Shown: positions 61,922 to 64,000 of the stretch, piece by piece | How positions within the stretch are numbered: position 1 is the first letter of the stretch | Layout of the letters: the number at the start of each line of letters is the position of its first letter | NCBI GenBank assembly: GCA_902787145.1 | Contig: CADAEZ010000005.1 | Span: 1,864 to 65,863 of the forward strand | Length of the DNA stretch: 64,000 bases | Source of the DNA: an uncultured Ruminococcus sp. | Lineage (GTDB): Bacteria; Bacillota; Clostridia; Oscillospirales; Acutalibacteraceae | Direction of reading: 5' to 3' | Notes under the pieces: model-generated | Seen by the model: only the letters and a program-made list of their open reading frames with translations | The model's database searches: none | Told to the model about the DNA's origin: nothing | Program-made: the position numbers and the translations under genes

Positions 61922-62293
61922 TTATGTATTAGCGCCGATAGTGTATTCGGTTACAACGTTTCTGTTAACAAGATGGTCGTTTACAACCTTGACAGCCTTT
62001 TCGGGAGTCATCTTGACATAAGTAACCTTTTCCTCGCCGGGGATTTCGATTTCTACAACAGGCTCGTACTGGCAGATGCCGATACATCCTGTCTGGGTAA
62101 CAACGATATCCTCAGTAAGTCCGCGCTTAGCGATTTCTTCTGTAAAAGCATTGAGCACAGGTCTGGCGCCGGCGGCGATTCCGCAGGTAGCCATACCGAC
62201 AAGAACTCTGGCGGCGTTGGGATTCTCTTTTCTGAGGTTGATTCCGGCTCTGGCCTTGTCTCTGATTGCCTGTAATTCAGCTAAAGATTTCAT
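61922..62293 (-). CDS. Thioredoxin-like [2Fe-2S] subunit (HndB-like)
   Basis: VGMATCGIAAGA, TGCIGICQYEP; GGAGG RBS before MKSL. Confidence 0.9.
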   Translation of the reverse strand: MKSLAELQAIRDKARAGINLRKENPNAARVLVGMATCGIAAGARPVLNAFTEEIAKRGLTEDIVVTQTGCIGICQYEPVVEIEIPGEEKVTYVKMTPEKAVKVVNDHLVNRNVVTEYTIGANT

Positions 62294-62295
62294 AA

Positions 62296-62847
62296 TTAAT
62301 TTGCACCTCCGTATATAATTTGTGATTGTTCCGTAAGATAGCCGTGTATCCACTCTATGACATCGGGATTGTCGAGGCTCACCTCGCCGAGCACCTCGCG
62401 AAGTTCTCTTGTGTCGAGAGTAAAGGAGGCTGTATCGGTAGTGTGGGTAAAGACAAAGTCGATATCCGGGTTACATCGGATCAAGATTTCCACGGTTGAG
62501 TTTATATCCCCCAGAGGGGTCATATCAACGTGGCTTTTAACGTATGAGGCTTTGGTAGTAGTGCCTTCTCCGACAGCGGAAACTATCGAGAAAGAACCTC
62601 CGGTCTGTTCGGCCGACAGCTTGAACAGCGGAACTCCGAGGCCTACCTTGCGCGTGGTACGCGTGGTAAAGAACGGGTCGCACACCTGCGAAACCTGCTC
62701 CTCGGTCATACCCTTGCCGTCATCGCTTATTGTAATAGAAAGCAAGTCTTTCTCATCACTTTCGAGCACTGTTATCGACACCAGCCCCGCCTCGGCTCTT
62801 ACCGAGTTCTGGGCAACGTCCATAACATTCAGCGACAGCTCACGCAT
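62296..62847 (-). CDS. Histidine kinase-like ATPase (HATPase_c) of hydrogenase cluster
   Basis: DVAQNS..A, DDGKGM, DPFFTTR..RKVGLG. Confidence 0.9.
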   Translation of the reverse strand: MRELSLNVMDVAQNSVRAEAGLVSITVLESDEKDLLSITISDDGKGMTEEQVSQVCDPFFTTRTTRKVGLGVPLFKLSAEQTGGSFSIVSAVGEGTTTKASYVKSHVDMTPLGDINSTVEILIRCNPDIDFVFTHTTDTASFTLDTRELREVLGEVSLDNPDVIEWIHGYLTEQSQIIYGGAN

Positions 62848-63341
62848 CAGTTATACTTGTCGATAATACCCTGAACGTCATCAACCGTAAGACGACCGTA
62901 TACGTCGTCGTTAACAGTGAGAACAGGAGCAAGACCGCATGCTCCGATGCAGCGGCAGGCTGTGAGTGAGAACTTACCGTCCGGTGTACACTCCTCGGCG
63001 CCGATTCCGAGAATTTCGGAAAGCTTGTTAAGGATGTCGCCGGAGCCCTTTACGTAGCAGGCTGTACCAAGACATACGGAGATGTGATACTTACCCTTCG
63101 GCGAAAGCGCGAACTGAGAGTAGAAGGTTGACACGCCGTAAACTTCCTCAAGCGGAACGTTAAGGCCGTCAGCCACCATCTTCTGAACCTCCATCGGAAG
63201 ATAGCCATAGATCTCCTGCGCCTCCTGTAATACAGGCATCACAGCGCCCGGATCGTCGGAATGCGCGGCGATAGCTTCTTTGAGCTTAGCTTCCTGCTCA
63301 GGAGTTCCCGAAAAAGGAATACTGCTGATTTTCTTTTTCAT
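62847..63341 (-). CDS. [2Fe-2S] hydrogenase subunit (HydC/HndA, NuoE-like)
   Basis: LQEAQ..YGYLP, TFYSQF, CLGTAC, CIGACGLAP. Confidence 0.95.
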   Translation of the reverse strand: MKKKISSIPFSGTPEQEAKLKEAIAAHSDDPGAVMPVLQEAQEIYGYLPMEVQKMVADGLNVPLEEVYGVSTFYSQFALSPKGKYHISVCLGTACYVKGSGDILNKLSEILGIGAEECTPDGKFSLTACRCIGACGLAPVLTVNDDVYGRLTVDDVQGIIDKYN

Positions 63342-63475
63342 TTTTTTCCTCCTTGAATTAAATTATGTACTCAATCGAAATCGTCGAGCGAATTGAATAT
63401 ACTTGTACATTTATAATCATTTTAACATAAAGGTGAAAGGTTGTCTATAGACTTTCGAGTATTTTTAAAGGTTTT

Positions 63476-63493
63476 TTGTTACATTTTTAACAT
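63476..63493. promoter_or_regulatory. Putative Rex operator upstream of hydrogenase genes
   Basis: TTGTTAC-ATTT-TTAACAT, 2 mismatches to TTGTTAA-N4-TTAACAA. Confidence 0.55.
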
Positions 63494-63563
63494 ATTTATC
63501 AATTTTTTTCGCCTTTATGCAGTTAGTTATAACTAACAAGAGCGCCTCCTGACAAAGAAGCGC

Positions 63564-64000
63564 TCATTTATCAAAATAGTCTATTATTTTTTTTGCAGTC
63601 AGCTCGTCGAGTTCTATGGACGCCGACGGCTCCCTCATATTTTCGAGGTAGTGCGCGTCCGAGCTTGTGACGAGCTTCATATCGTTTAGTATGGGGTGCA
63701 GGTTTTTGAGCTCATCCGCGCGGCTGATATCCGCAAGCTCCGCGGTTGTAAAGCCGCAGTAAGGGTCAATCTCGCCGAGCACCGAGAGTATCGAGTAGCT
63801 GTCGCGGTCGATATGAGCCGGATAGCATACGCCTCCGAAGTCTTTTACAAGAGAGCGGGCGTTCATAATGCTGATATTGGTCGCCGGTATCAGCAGGTGC
63901 TCGACCTCCCCCGTCTCCTCATCATTCTCGTTCATTATGACCTGGCGGCCGTAAATCTCGGTACGGTTGCGGATTTTTACGCGGTTATTATCGACGTAGT
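63564..64000 (-). CDS. PHP domain protein (5' end outside window)
   Basis: PAHIDR and SSDAH motifs; frame stays open to the window edge (..RNRTEIYGRQVIMNE..). Confidence 0.85.
   Translation of the reverse strand, partial: YVDNNRVKIRNRTEIYGRQVIMNENDEETGEVEHLLIPATNISIMNARSLVKDFGGVCYPAHIDRDSYSILSVLGEIDPYCGFTTAELADISRADELKNLHPILNDMKLVTSSDAHYLENMREPSASIELDELTAKKIIDYFDK

Overview
Chromosomal segment of a starch-degrading, spore-forming Ruminococcus bromii-like bacterium (Oscillospiraceae; inferred from dockerin-bearing pullulanase, spoIIR and gene order). Most genes are on the minus strand. Housekeeping content: addB (partial), spoIIR, ispE, groES/groEL (CIRCE + CtsR boxes), iorAB-paaK-ACT, dnaE, xseA, nusB, typA, aconitase-icd-rex, pckA, two GH13 type I pullulanases, rpoD-dnaG, rpmE, thrS with T-box, D,D-carboxypeptidases and a HydABC/Hnd-type [FeFe]-hydrogenase cluster. 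Features missing from the ORF track: 6S RNA (8995-9173), a complete type I toxin-antitoxin module (20-aa peptide plus antisense RNA, ~31857-32212) on a 12-bp-direct-repeat-flanked island, and a candidate sRNA (8392-8470). The most unusual signal is an unrecognised ~58-nt structured element with an invariant 21-nt variable core. It occurs as a three-unit tandem array (104-105 bp period, 23516-23796) upstream of a LexA-box-controlled two-gene operon, and as a single covarying copy between groES and groEL. Other findings include further dispersed palindromic repeat families, a DnaA-box/iteron-like cluster, an in-frame 7-aa deletion in GroEL and a frameshift in hydA; the last two may be assembly errors. 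No rRNA, tRNA, CRISPR-cas or transposase genes were seen. All calls are by eye, with no database searches run.
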